This document shows positions 18,034 to 27,626 of a stretch of DNA of 41,830 nucleotides, piece by piece (the stretch's first letter is position 1; each line of letters begins with the position of its first letter). The notes under the pieces were generated by a model. The model ran no database searches and was not told where the DNA came from. It saw only the letters and a list, made by a program, of their open reading frames with translations. The stretch covers positions 1-41,830 of the forward strand of contig JAQUCQ010000001.1 in NCBI GenBank assembly GCA_028686145.1. The letters are read 5' to 3'. The translations under genes were made by a program, and so were the position numbers. The DNA comes from Desulfuromonadaceae bacterium (lineage in GTDB: Bacteria > Desulfobacterota > Desulfuromonadia > Geobacterales > Pseudopelobacteraceae).

Positions 18034-19419
18034 TTAACGTATCAAGCCCATGACCGTATCCATCATCTCGGTCGCAGTGGTGATCAGTTTGGAGGATGCT
18101 TGATAGGAACGTTGATATTTGATCAGATTGGTTAATTCTTCATCCAGTGAAACGCCGGAATTTGATTCACGCAGTGTTGTCAATTGCTTGGTAAAGGCAA
18201 TGTCCTGCGCTTCGGTACTCTTCGCTGACTGGACATCCAGACCAACTGAACTTACCAGACCGGTAAAATAGCTGCCGAAACTAGCCGTATTTCCAGACAT
18301 AACTTTTTTATTTTGCAGTTGCGCCAGGGCAAGAGCATTACTGTTATCGCCAAGTAGACCGGCGCTGCTCGATGCCGCAATTTTATCCGTGCCGGTTATA
18401 TTGGTGGTATTGAGGGATATTGTCGCAGCCGTGGTTCCGGTGAAAAAATCTGCCCCCGCAATGCCATTCTGGTCGTATCCAAGCTTGTGTTGATCATTTA
18501 CCGTGGTGGCAATTGTGGACGCCAGTGCATCTACCTTATCCCGGTAGCCGGGAATAATAGTGTCACGCAAATCCACCGTTGCACCCAGTGCCCCGCTTGT
18601 CGGTGTTACCAGCGCCGAACCGCCACCAGGCGGAGTAACATTAATATCATAGAGACCGGTGCCCGCATTTGTCGACAAAGAAAAAGATCCTGCCGTTGTT
18701 CCCGTGACAAGAGACGTACCACTGTCGGCATATGTGACATCTGTCGTCCCATCGCTGTTTTCCGTTGCACTTATACCGATTTGTTGGGAAAGGTCCCGAA
18801 TCAGTTGATCCCGTTGATCCCGGATCTCATTGGCGTTGCCGCTCACCAATTCAGTGGTTTTAATCTGCCCGTTGAGTTGGGCAATGTTTTTCAAGGTGGC
18901 GTTGATGCTGTCCGTCAGCGGAACCAGAGAATCATTCTGCGTGTTGATAGTATCCGTGAGAGTCGTGTTGACGGCTTTGAAATTGTCTGTCAGTATCTGG
19001 GTACGGCTCAATACCGCCTGACGTTCGGCAGAACCAGCCGGGTTGAGGGTCAAGTCCTGCCATGCCCCAAAAAAATTGGAAATTGCAGCACCCAGCCCAT
19101 CATTACTGACTTCGTTGAAGGTCGGCTCAATCTGCTGTAGCACGGTAGACTTGGTTGTGTCGTAACCTTGCGTTGTCTGGGCATTGACAAGTTGTTTTTG
19201 CAATAATCCGTCGTAATAGCGCTCCACTGTGGAAATTTTGACACCATTACCCAAGGGAAAGCCGTTGTAATTGGTCGGAGGTGCCGACTCCAGAACGACC
19301 CGTTGCCGCGAGTAACCGGGAGTATTGACATTGGCAATATTCTCGCTGGTTACTTCAGTGGCGACGCGGTATATGTTGAGACCGTTCTTGCCGATCTCCA
19401 TTGCTGCGCTCAGTCCCAT
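18034..19419 (-). CDS. flgK: Flagellar hook-associated protein 1
   Basis: The N-terminus has the rod/hook motif ATEVTSENIANVNTPGYSRQRV. The C-terminus reads LIKYQRSYQASSKLITTATEMMDTVMGLI. Confidence 0.9.
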   Translation of the reverse strand: MGLSAAMEIGKNGLNIYRVATEVTSENIANVNTPGYSRQRVVLESAPPTNYNGFPLGNGVKISTVERYYDGLLQKQLVNAQTTQGYDTTKSTVLQQIEPTFNEVSNDGLGAAISNFFGAWQDLTLNPAGSAERQAVLSRTQILTDNFKAVNTTLTDTINTQNDSLVPLTDSINATLKNIAQLNGQIKTTELVSGNANEIRDQRDQLIRDLSQQIGISATENSDGTTDVTYADSGTSLVTGTTAGSFSLSTNAGTGLYDINVTPPGGGSALVTPTSGALGATVDLRDTIIPGYRDKVDALASTIATTVNDQHKLGYDQNGIAGADFFTGTTAATISLNTTNITGTDKIAASSSAGLLGDNSNALALAQLQNKKVMSGNTASFGSYFTGLVSSVGLDVQSAKSTEAQDIAFTKQLTTLRESNSGVSLDEELTNLIKYQRSYQASSKLITTATEMMDTVMGLIR

Positions 19420-19905
19420 TTATGCCTCCCTGTTGATGATAACCGAGCCTGTCGGCCGTTGTTGATAGCCGCCGGAAGCGCCGTAGACATTTGATTGATT
19501 TATGACCCGTGATAAAAGCTCAAGCGAGCTGCCTATCGAGGCAGCAAAGCGTTCGGCTATCTCCTTATTGAGTGCAAGCAGCTGTTTCACTCGTCTCGCG
19601 GCATCGTTCAGCTTGGTATGCAAATTCAAGAGATCACAGTTTCCTTTCGAGCTGGATCGTGCAGCCAGTTCTCCCAAGCTTGTTTTGGGGGGCATTCCTT
19701 CACGTGAAACAGCCTGTTCTATTTCAGTCAGAAGAGTCTTTGTATGGGACTCGATTCGCGACGAAACATTTTCCTTCCGCATGGTTATATCGGCCATGGC
19801 AGCCAGATGAATATCAGAAAGCTCGCTCGTTTCCTGTCTTAGCAAGCTATAAAGTTCCTCTAGCATTGACAATTGCAACTCAAGAGCTGTTATTAGTCGT
19901 TTCAT
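19420..19905 (-). CDS. flgN: FlgN-like flagellar export chaperone
   Basis: This is a helical protein of about 161 aa whose TAA stop abuts the flgK ATG. It has a Leu-rich N-terminal pattern (LELQLSMLEELYSLLRQETSEL). The assignment is largely positional. ATG 19905 is preferred over the TTG at 19917. Confidence 0.6.
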   Translation of the reverse strand: MKRLITALELQLSMLEELYSLLRQETSELSDIHLAAMADITMRKENVSSRIESHTKTLLTEIEQAVSREGMPPKTSLGELAARSSSKGNCDLLNLHTKLNDAARRVKQLLALNKEIAERFAASIGSSLELLSRVINQSNVYGASGGYQQRPTGSVIINREA

Positions 19906-19943
19906 GTATAAATCCAATCTTATGGAAAACTTCAGTTAAAAAA

Positions 19944-20324
19944 CTATTCTTTAGTATCGACTTTACTTACAATCTTTCTGCTTTCCTGTCGAATAATATC
20001 TTTTTCAATTATTTTGGCAAGCCCTAGGCCGCCACCCTGTTTCGCCGCAGCATTGGCGTATTCCTGATCCAGCATTGAACGGTAGACTTCGTCGCCGTGA
20101 CCGCCGCCGGTCAGCATATCTTTTCCAACGGTTGCGCGCATCGACTTCATCATCATACCGACGAACAGCGCTTCAAAATCCTGAGAAACTTTTTTAGCCT
20201 GCTGTCGCTGCTTTTCGGTCAGCGCACCACTGCCATCCTTTGACAACGTGCGTTGGAGCAAGCGTGCTTTATCCGCCATGTTTTCGGATGGATCCGGTGC
20301 TGTTGTGGTAATGTTTATATCCAT
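19944..20324 (-). CDS. flgJ: Rod-binding protein (FlgJ N-terminal-domain type, no hydrolase domain)
   Basis: QDFEALFVGMMMKSMR ... GHGDEVYRSMLDQEYANAAAKQGGGLGLAKII is the rod-binding domain. The protein is only 126 aa and has no glucosaminidase or muramidase part. Confidence 0.8.
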   Translation of the reverse strand: MDINITTTAPDPSENMADKARLLQRTLSKDGSGALTEKQRQQAKKVSQDFEALFVGMMMKSMRATVGKDMLTGGGHGDEVYRSMLDQEYANAAAKQGGGLGLAKIIEKDIIRQESRKIVSKVDTKE

Positions 20325-20362
20325 AAAGCTCTTATCGTCCTTATCCGGGAAGTAGTTTAGCC

Positions 20363-21463
20363 CTAAATAATGGAAAGCTCGGCTTGTAACGCTCCTGCCG
20401 ACTTAACCGCCTGAATGATGCTGATCAAATCGCGTGGAGTGACCCCCAGCAGATTCAGTGCCCGGACAACGTCACCGATACTGGCACCTTCCTGCAACAC
20501 CATCAGACGTCGTTTCTCCTCGGTAACTTTCAATTCGGTGCGCGGTACAACCTTTGTCTCTCCGGTGGCGCTGAACGGTGCCGGTTGCGATACCTGCGGC
20601 GTCTCCTTGATAACCAGCGACAGACTGCCATGAGTGACCGCCACGGTAGAAATTCGCACATTCTCTCCCATGACTACCGTGCCGGTACGCTCGTTCAGCA
20701 CAACCTTGGCCGGCAGGTCCGGTGTAACCTCAAGCCGCTCCAGGGATGCCACAAACCCAACAGTATTGCTTGCATAAGCATCCGGGATCGTCAAGGTCAC
20801 TGACCCTGGGTCGCTGCTGAAAGCAACAACGCTCTTGAACTTGTCATTAATCGCAGTGACAATACGTGATGCAGTGGTGAAATCAGCGCTATTCAAATTC
20901 ATATTTAATGTTGACTTGCCTGCCAGAGTGTTGGGAAGTTCCCGCTCTACCAGCGCACCGTTTGGTACCCGCCCGGCGGTCGGGTGGTTTTTCTGGGCTG
21001 AGGCACCCTGGCCGCCAAAGGCAAACGAATTGGTCAGGACCGATCCTTGGGCAACGGCATAAACCTGATTGTCAGCCCCTCTCAGAGGTGCCATCAACAG
21101 TGTGCCACCGGCAATACTTTTTGCATCTCCAATAGATGACACGAGAACATCCAGGCGATTGCCCTGTTTTGCAAACGGGGGAAGGTCTGCTGTTACCATG
21201 ACAGCGGCAACGTTTTTAATTTTGATCTCATTGACGGATGTAGTAATCCCCATCCGCTCAAGCATATTCACGACAGACTGGGTCTGAATCCTGGCTTGGT
21301 CACTGTCCCCGGATCCGTTCAGTCCTACCACCAGGCCATAGCCGATTAGCTGATTATCCCGGACTCCTTCGAAAGTGACAATATCCTTGATGCGAATAGC
21401 GTGTGCCGAAGTTGTAAGGCACAGTATGAATGTACAGAGTATTGCCGTCGTGATGATTTTCAT
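20363..21463 (-). CDS. flgI: Flagellar P-ring protein
   Basis: The signal peptide ends SAHA, followed by IRIKDIVTFEGVRDNQLIGYGLVVGLNGSGD. The size (366 aa) and context fit FlgI. Confidence 0.95.
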   Translation of the reverse strand: MKIITTAILCTFILCLTTSAHAIRIKDIVTFEGVRDNQLIGYGLVVGLNGSGDSDQARIQTQSVVNMLERMGITTSVNEIKIKNVAAVMVTADLPPFAKQGNRLDVLVSSIGDAKSIAGGTLLMAPLRGADNQVYAVAQGSVLTNSFAFGGQGASAQKNHPTAGRVPNGALVERELPNTLAGKSTLNMNLNSADFTTASRIVTAINDKFKSVVAFSSDPGSVTLTIPDAYASNTVGFVASLERLEVTPDLPAKVVLNERTGTVVMGENVRISTVAVTHGSLSLVIKETPQVSQPAPFSATGETKVVPRTELKVTEEKRRLMVLQEGASIGDVVRALNLLGVTPRDLISIIQAVKSAGALQAELSII

Positions 21464-21503
21464 TGTGACACCTTTATTGCAACATATACCGGAATAGAAG
21501 CAG

Positions 21504-22178
21504 TTAGAATGGCCAGAGCTTGTCGACGATGTTCATTAACCATCCCGGGCTCTGACGGTCGGATATGATACCCCGCCCGGAATAGCTGATTCGCGCATCG
21601 GCAACGTAAATCGAATTTATCGTATTGTTTGGGCTGATATCGCGCGGACGTATGGTCCCCTCAAGAATAATTTCCTGATCTTCATTGTTGACCTTGATGT
21701 TGCGTCGCCCTTCGATCATCAGATTGCCGTTGGGTAGTACATTGATGATACGCGCCGTGATAGTGGCATTCAAATTTTCCTGCCGTGAGGTTGTCCCAGA
21801 GCCTTTAAATGATGAATCCACGCTGGCATTGATCAGTTTGGAAAGATCGCCGACATTGTTTTTTAACAGGCCGACATTTTCAAGCCCCATGAAATTGGGA
21901 ATACCAGCATTAACTGTAGAACCTCGTGAGGTATCGGTCTTGGCCTCCTTCGAGGCACTTGCGGTTTCGGTGATGACGATCGTAACAATATCACCGCGCC
22001 GCCGTGCCTTGAAGTCGTCCGTAAGGTTACCTGAGTTCGCCTGCCAAATGGAACCGCTGGTATAGTCAGCTACCGGCCGCGGCAGTTGTTCGTCAAGCCC
22101 GCTGGTCTTGACGTCGGTTTTCTGCACAGCACACCCGCTCACAGCTACTGTTACTGCCAGTAATAAAAATCTTTTCAT
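21504..22178 (-). CDS. flgH: Flagellar L-ring lipoprotein
   Basis: It has the lipobox AVSGC, then GSIWQ ... DIVTIVITE ... NLMIEGRRNIKVNNEDQEIILEGTIRPRDI, typical of FlgH. Confidence 0.95.
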   Translation of the reverse strand: MKRFLLLAVTVAVSGCAVQKTDVKTSGLDEQLPRPVADYTSGSIWQANSGNLTDDFKARRRGDIVTIVITETASASKEAKTDTSRGSTVNAGIPNFMGLENVGLLKNNVGDLSKLINASVDSSFKGSGTTSRQENLNATITARIINVLPNGNLMIEGRRNIKVNNEDQEIILEGTIRPRDISPNNTINSIYVADARISYSGRGIISDRQSPGWLMNIVDKLWPF

Positions 22179-22299
22179 ACCTCTTCCTTTTACTGCACCA
22201 TGATAAACAGGAAACTTTCGTTAACAATGACATTTTTTTGTCAACCGCACTGAAAAGAAGAAGTACAGTGTTGAAAATGGTTAACGAAGAGCAAAATGA

Positions 22300-23013
22300 T
22301 CAAAATGCTACCTGAACAGTTGATGCATCAATTACCTTTGCTGGTATTTCCTTAAGTGACGTCAGGTTTTGTACTCTGATGATGTCTCCCTGAGCCCCCG
22401 AGCTGCGAGCTTTGCCGGATACGGAAACCTTCAGCACTTCATTTTCTGCAACAATGGTCACTATCTGGCCGGACTTGATCAGCGGTACCCGTTCAACCTG
22501 ATCTGTGCGCACCGGTTGATTGGCCCTGATGATCAGGCGCGCTCTTTTTCCGATAACTTCATCAAGTGTCCGGGCAGCGAGATGGGAATTATAGGTAATC
22601 TCCCGTTTTTGCAGAATCACATCGGAAGGCAGTATGCTGGCACCATATTCTATCTCTCGAAGAGCAACAACCGTATCAACCAGCGCCGCCACATCAATGC
22701 GTACAGGAATATTGCGCACTACCTTGCCTTTTTGTCGTGCATAGACAGATATACTGACGGTCCCCCAACCTTCCCATTGCTGCGGAGCAATAATCTCGTA
22801 GTCGGTGGGCCCTTCCGGAAGTTTCAAGGCATCTGAGATGGTTATCCGGCGCAGGTGAACGTCCCATCCCATACCTGCCGTGCGGGTTGTAACAAATGCG
22901 GCAACTGCCTTACGGACTTCCTGCTCCCGATCAGGTGCTGATATTGCCTGGCGTGGGCAGATGATTACCGCAATGAGGAGAAATAAAACAATATGATAAT
23001 ATAAACGATTCAT
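22300..23013 (-). CDS. flgA: Flagellar P-ring assembly chaperone
   Basis: It has a signal peptide and a C-terminal SAF/FlgA domain (VERVPLIKSGQIVTIVAENEVLKVSVSGKARSSGAQGDIIRVQN). It sits between flgG and flgH. Confidence 0.85.
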   Translation of the reverse strand: MNRLYYHIVLFLLIAVIICPRQAISAPDREQEVRKAVAAFVTTRTAGMGWDVHLRRITISDALKLPEGPTDYEIIAPQQWEGWGTVSISVYARQKGKVVRNIPVRIDVAALVDTVVALREIEYGASILPSDVILQKREITYNSHLAARTLDEVIGKRARLIIRANQPVRTDQVERVPLIKSGQIVTIVAENEVLKVSVSGKARSSGAQGDIIRVQNLTSLKEIPAKVIDASTVQVAF

Positions 23014-23031
23014 GAGGAGTCGGATCCGTTT

Positions 23032-23820
23032 CTAGCGTTTCAGGTTATTAGCGGTCTGTAGCATCTCATCCGAAGTGGTGACCGCCTTGGAGTTGATCTC
23101 GTAGGCACGCTGGCCGACGATCATATTGACCATTTCTTCCGCAACGTTGACGTTGCTCATCTCCAGAAGACCCTGGGCGATAGTGCCGGTACCATTCTGT
23201 CCTGGAGTGCCGGTTGTCGCTGTTCCGGAGGCATCCGTGGGGAGGTATATGTTTTTCCCCTGGCTGGAAAGGCCGGACGGGTTGGAAAAAGACGCCAGCT
23301 GGATGGTTCCTACAGTGGTAGTGGCGCTTTGTCCAGCCTGCTGAACGGAAACGGTGCCATCACTGCCGATATTTATCTTGGTGGCATTACTGGGTATGGT
23401 GATTGAAGGAGAAAGAGGGTTGCCATCTGATGTGACAATCTGACCGTTACTGTCCCGCTTGAATGCGCCGGCCCTGGAATAGCCGGTGGTGCCGTCAGGA
23501 AGTGTAATGGGGAAAAACCCATCTCCTTCAATGGCAACGTCCAATTCGTTGCCCGTCTGGGTAAAATCTCCCGGTGTAAAAATCTTTGTAACAGCAGCCA
23601 GTCGACTTCCCAAACCAATCTGGATTCCGGTTGGAACCTGGGTAGTGCTTGTCGCGGGCGAACCGGTTGTTTTCAGATTCTGGTAGATAAGATCCTGGAA
23701 ATCGGCGCGGCTTTTTTTGAAACCGGTTGTGTTTACGTTGGCAAGATTGTTGGCAATTACATCAATACTCTTTTGTTGCCCCTGCATGCCGGACGCGGCG
23801 GTCCAGAGTGAACGGATCAT
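23032..23820 (-). CDS. flgG: Flagellar distal rod protein
   Basis: The N-terminus reads [38 protein letters not shown] and the C-terminus reads [31 protein letters not shown]. It is 262 aa. Confidence 0.95.
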   Translation of the reverse strand: MIRSLWTAASGMQGQQKSIDVIANNLANVNTTGFKKSRADFQDLIYQNLKTTGSPATSTTQVPTGIQIGLGSRLAAVTKIFTPGDFTQTGNELDVAIEGDGFFPITLPDGTTGYSRAGAFKRDSNGQIVTSDGNPLSPSITIPSNATKINIGSDGTVSVQQAGQSATTTVGTIQLASFSNPSGLSSQGKNIYLPTDASGTATTGTPGQNGTGTIAQGLLEMSNVNVAEEMVNMIVGQRAYEINSKAVTTSDEMLQTANNLKR

Positions 23821-23853
23821 AGTTTAGCTCCTTATATAAAGTAGGTGAAATTG

Positions 23854-24591
23854 TTAGACTCTGCCCAGTTCATTGGCAGCTTTTGTGGCCATATCGTTAA
23901 AGCCAGTTATAACCTTTGTACACGCCTCATAATAGCGGTTAGTTTCGATCATTTGCACCATTTCCGAAATACTTTCGACGTTAGAACCTTCAATATACCC
24001 CTGCTGAACCTTGGCTGTGCCTGCCTGAGGAGCCGCCTGTGGGTTTGCCGGTACAAACAGGGCGTTACCTGTCTTGGTTAGAGAGTATGGTTTGTTAAAA
24101 TCTACCACCGAGATTTCACCGGCCGGTGTGCCGTCAACTGTAACGACACCTTTCGTATCGATTTCCACACGGCTCCCCTGGATGTTGATGGCAGTCCCAC
24201 CGGTCCCCTGTACCGGATAGCCGTCCACGGTGACCAGCGTTCCGTCAGCGGAGGTGCGAAAGTTGCCTTGACGGGTATATGCAGTCCCTTCCGGGGTGGT
24301 TACAGCAAAAAAACCGTCGCCGTCAAGCGCCAGATCAAGTGGATTACTACTCTGGCTGATTGGCCCGTTGGCATAGTCGACATAAATATTTTCCTTCTGC
24401 AGAATGGGATCAGCGGTCGAGCCCTGCGGAACGGCCGGAGGGTTGGCTGTGCCGGACAGCAAGCTTTCAAATGACATCTGGTCCTTTTTATAGCCGGGGG
24501 TATTTATGTTTGCCAGATTATTGCTGATCAAGTCCATGCGCTGCATGGCGGCGAGACTCCCCGACACGGCTGCGTACATACCACTGTTCAT
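23854..24591 (-). CDS. flgF: Flagellar proximal rod protein
   Basis: The N-terminus reads MNSGMYAAVSGSLAAMQRMDLISNNLANINTPGYKKD and the C-terminus reads GYIEGSNVESISEMVQMIETNRYYEA. It lies directly upstream of flgG. Confidence 0.85.
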   Translation of the reverse strand: MNSGMYAAVSGSLAAMQRMDLISNNLANINTPGYKKDQMSFESLLSGTANPPAVPQGSTADPILQKENIYVDYANGPISQSSNPLDLALDGDGFFAVTTPEGTAYTRQGNFRTSADGTLVTVDGYPVQGTGGTAINIQGSRVEIDTKGVVTVDGTPAGEISVVDFNKPYSLTKTGNALFVPANPQAAPQAGTAKVQQGYIEGSNVESISEMVQMIETNRYYEACTKVITGFNDMATKAANELGRV

Positions 24592-24608
24592 ATCAGTTTC
24601 TCCTTTTG

Positions 24609-25355
24609 TTAGTTCCGGTGCAGCCTGAGACGCAAACGCAATCTGACCATCGCCTGACTGATAATCTGTGAAATGCGTGATTCGGTAAGCCCAAGCGTTT
24701 CTCCAATCTCCTTGAGATTAAAATCTTCGTTGTAATAAAGAGTTACAGCCAGCCGTTCCTTTTCGGGCAAAGAGTCAATGGCCTGTCCAAGCGCCTCGGC
24801 GAGTTGCATGCTCATAACCTGCTGCTGAGGACTTTTCGCTTCGGCTTCACAGAGCACATCCGCGAGACAGAGCGGGCTGCCATCATCACCATCCCAGCTG
24901 TCATCCAGGCTGATGAAGGTGAACACGTGGACGTCGTCAAGAAGCTCAAAATAGTCGTCAAGGCTGATCTGCAATGCCTCGGCCATCTCTTCGCTGGTAG
25001 GGTCGCGTCCAAGCTGGTTTTCAAGCTGCCGCAGTTCCCGTTCCACCCGCTTGTACTTGTCACGCATGGAGCGGCTGAGTACGTCATATGACCGGAGCTC
25101 ATCCAGTATCGTCCCCCGGATGTGCTGTTCGGCAAAAGTTTTAAAGAGCACCCCCCGTGAGGAGTCAAAGCGATCAGCTGCATTTATCAAGCCAATCATG
25201 GCTGAACTTGTCAGGTCTTGCAAGTCGAGGTGTGGAGGGAGCTTTGCTGAAATTCTGCCGACAAGATAGCGTACCAATGGGATATGCTCCACAATCAACT
25301 GTTCACGGTCAGCAGATTGACATAGATCGGTATCTGGACCGCCCCTCTTGGTCAT
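24609..25355 (-). CDS. fliA: Flagellar sigma factor sigma-28
   Basis: Sigma-70-family regions 2 to 4 are visible (IPLVRYLVGRI, FKTFAEQHIRGTILDELR, LKEIGETLGLTESRISQI). It is 248 aa and follows flhG. Confidence 0.9.
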   Translation of the reverse strand: MTKRGGPDTDLCQSADREQLIVEHIPLVRYLVGRISAKLPPHLDLQDLTSSAMIGLINAADRFDSSRGVLFKTFAEQHIRGTILDELRSYDVLSRSMRDKYKRVERELRQLENQLGRDPTSEEMAEALQISLDDYFELLDDVHVFTFISLDDSWDGDDGSPLCLADVLCEAEAKSPQQQVMSMQLAEALGQAIDSLPEKERLAVTLYYNEDFNLKEIGETLGLTESRISQIISQAMVRLRLRLRLHRN

Positions 25356-25359
25356 TTAT

Positions 25360-26286
25360 TTAGTTTCCTCCTGCACAATCGAGCATTCTGCGGAAAAAGA
25401 ACTGGATGTTACCTTTGATGCGGCTCTGGCGTTTGTTTTCAATAACCCGTTTTGCCAGCGTGGTAAAACACTGGGCCGCTTCAGAATCGGGGAAAAGTTC
25501 GGTGACGGCTTTTTGACGTTTAACCGCTTCGACGACCTTATCATCCTTGACAACACAGCCTAGGTAATCCAGCGAGATATCAAGAAAACGGCCAGCTACG
25601 TTGGCCAATTTGCGAAAGACCTCCAGCGCCTCTTCACTGTCCTTGGCCATATTGACCAGAACTTTGAAATGATGTTCGGAGTATCGTGTCGCCAGAAGCT
25701 TGATAAGGGCATAAACATCGGTAATCGAAGTTGGTTCGGGTGTGACGACGACGAAAATTTCCTGGGCGGCGACGATAAAATAGGTGACGTTTTCCGATAT
25801 TCCTGCCTCGGTATCGACAATCAAATAGTCAAACTGCTCTTCCAGCATGTCCAGTTCGTCCAGCAGCTTCAATTTTTCATGCTGCCCCAGGCTGGTTAAC
25901 TCCTGAACACCTGAGCCGGCCGGGATGATTTTGATGCCGGCTGGACCGTCGATAAGGATGTCCATTAATCCTTTTTCGCCGTTCAGAACATGGTTCAGGT
26001 TGTAGACCGGTGATAGCCCCAGCAACACATCAAGATTCCCAAGTCCAAGGTCTGCATCGATCAGCAGTACTTTTTTCCCTTGAGCTGAAAGAGCAATAGC
26101 GAGGTTAGAGACGACATTGCTCTTGCCAACGCCACCTTTGCCGCTGGTAACTGAAATAACCCGTATGCCCTGCTGATCGGCCAATCCGCTACCTGAAGAG
26201 GAATCGGACTGCTGATTTTTTTTTGCTGTGCGAGCCATTTGGCGGAGAGTATCAGCCTGGTCGCCCGTCCCTGGTACGGTGCTCAT
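25360..26286 (-). CDS. flhG: MinD/ParA-type ATPase regulating flagellar number (FlhG/FleN/YlxH)
   Basis: It has the deviant Walker A SGKGGVGKS and an N-terminal DQADTLR (the DQAxxLR FlhF-activating motif). The C-terminal tail GNIQFFFRRML looks amphipathic. Its ATG overlaps the flhF stop (26283-26286). Confidence 0.9.
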   Translation of the reverse strand: MSTVPGTGDQADTLRQMARTAKKNQQSDSSSGSGLADQQGIRVISVTSGKGGVGKSNVVSNLAIALSAQGKKVLLIDADLGLGNLDVLLGLSPVYNLNHVLNGEKGLMDILIDGPAGIKIIPAGSGVQELTSLGQHEKLKLLDELDMLEEQFDYLIVDTEAGISENVTYFIVAAQEIFVVVTPEPTSITDVYALIKLLATRYSEHHFKVLVNMAKDSEEALEVFRKLANVAGRFLDISLDYLGCVVKDDKVVEAVKRQKAVTELFPDSEAAQCFTTLAKRVIENKRQSRIKGNIQFFFRRMLDCAGGN

Positions 26287-27626
26287 TCTGCCCCCTCACG
26301 GTAAATCATATCAGCCAGTTTGGCTGGTGTTGCAATTTCAATGTCTTCGGGTACCCGCTGACCGGTCGTAAAATATGCAATCTGCAAATTATCCTTCATT
26401 AGCAAGTTGACCATGTTTCCAAAACTTTCACATTCATCGATTTTTGTGAAGACAACCTTACTGACTTGAAAAATTCGGAAACGGTTCAGAATCTCCTCCA
26501 GTTCACGATCCTTGGTTGTTGCTGAAAGGCAGAGATAGACTTCCATCGGAATCTTATCTTCCAGGAAGTGCTTCATTTCATCAAGTTTCTCTTTATCCTT
26601 ATGGCTGCGTCCGGCGGTATCGATAAAAATCAGGTCACAGGCAGAGTGTTTTTCAACCGCCTTTTCAAGCTCTTTGGGAGTTGAAGCGACCTCAAGAGGG
26701 ATCCCCATGATGCGTGAGTAGGTTTTGAGTTGTTCAACCGCCCCCACCCTGAAAATATCCATGGTAATCAGCGCTACTTTGTTGCCTCGATTGAGGGCGT
26801 ACATGGCGGCCAGCTTAGCGGTTGTCGTTGTTTTGCCAACTCCGGTCGGCCCGACCAGGGCAATAATGCGGGGAGAGTTCTTTTTAAGCTTGAGCGTACC
26901 GGCAAACTTGATCAAACGCCCAAGTGTTTCGCCGAGCCGTCCTTTTACTGTCTGGTTGCCGCTTTCCAGCGGCAGAGCGTTGAGTGTGTCGACAATCGTT
27001 CTGATCAAGCCGGTAGAAACTCCGCTGGCTGCCAGTTCCCTGGCCAGGGGAGAATCCTCGGGGAGCAGGTCCGCACCCGACTGCCCCGCCCCTGGTGAGG
27101 TGCCAGCATCCATTGTCGGCCATTGAACGTCCTTGGCGTCCCCTTCGTGGCTTTTTGCCAGCGTCGCAAGAAGCAGCTTTTTAATCTCCTCGAGATCAGA
27201 GCGGGGAATGTTTTTAAGGTTTATCCCGCCATCCGCCCTGTCGGCATCTTCATCAGCCGACTTTGCTTCCACGCGGGATTCCTCTTCCCGGCGTGTAAGA
27301 GACTCAACTTTTTCGCGCAGATCCTTCAGTTCTCGCGCCAGAGGGGCCAGCATTGAGCTTTCCATCTCCTCGCGAGCGGTCCTTTCGCGTGGTGGTGTCT
27401 CTCGATACACAGCCGGAGGTGGAGAAGGAGCAGTCTGGCGGGGAGCCGATTTATGAGCAGGGTCGATCGCCGCTGTTACACGGTAGACCTGTTTGCTAAA
27501 AAATCCGAGAAAACCACCAGTGGTCTCTTTTTTTGTCGAGAGAATCATGGCATCCGGCCCGAGTTCAGCTTTTACCATGCGCAGCGCTTCCGGCATGCTC
27601 GCCGCTTGAAAAGTTTTAACCAGCAT
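26283..27626 (-). CDS. flhF: SRP-like GTPase for flagellar placement
   Basis: The N-terminus reads MLVKTFQAASMPEALRMVKAELGPDAMILS. It has a charged B-domain and the GTPase motifs GPTGVGKTTT, DTAGR and TKIDE. Confidence 0.9.
   Translation of the reverse strand: MLVKTFQAASMPEALRMVKAELGPDAMILSTKKETTGGFLGFFSKQVYRVTAAIDPAHKSAPRQTAPSPPPAVYRETPPRERTAREEMESSMLAPLARELKDLREKVESLTRREEESRVEAKSADEDADRADGGINLKNIPRSDLEEIKKLLLATLAKSHEGDAKDVQWPTMDAGTSPGAGQSGADLLPEDSPLARELAASGVSTGLIRTIVDTLNALPLESGNQTVKGRLGETLGRLIKFAGTLKLKKNSPRIIALVGPTGVGKTTTTAKLAAMYALNRGNKVALITMDIFRVGAVEQLKTYSRIMGIPLEVASTPKELEKAVEKHSACDLIFIDTAGRSHKDKEKLDEMKHFLEDKIPMEVYLCLSATTKDRELEEILNRFRIFQVSKVVFTKIDECESFGNMVNLLMKDNLQIAYFTTGQRVPEDIEIATPAKLADMIYREGAE

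Noticed and set aside
18487-19140. 217-aa plus-strand ORF inside flgK
   Set aside because: It is antisense to flgK. The translation is Arg/Cys-rich and is typical of reverse-frame reading of a Thr/Ala/Gly-rich gene.
19944-19990. Sigma-28-like -10 (GTCGATAC on the minus strand) inside the 3' end of flgJ as a possible flgN-flgK-flgL late promoter
   Set aside because: It matches only 6 of 8 positions of GCCGATAA, and the position 15 nt upstream reads AGAA and not TAAA. That is not enough for a call without a matrix score or 5' mapping.
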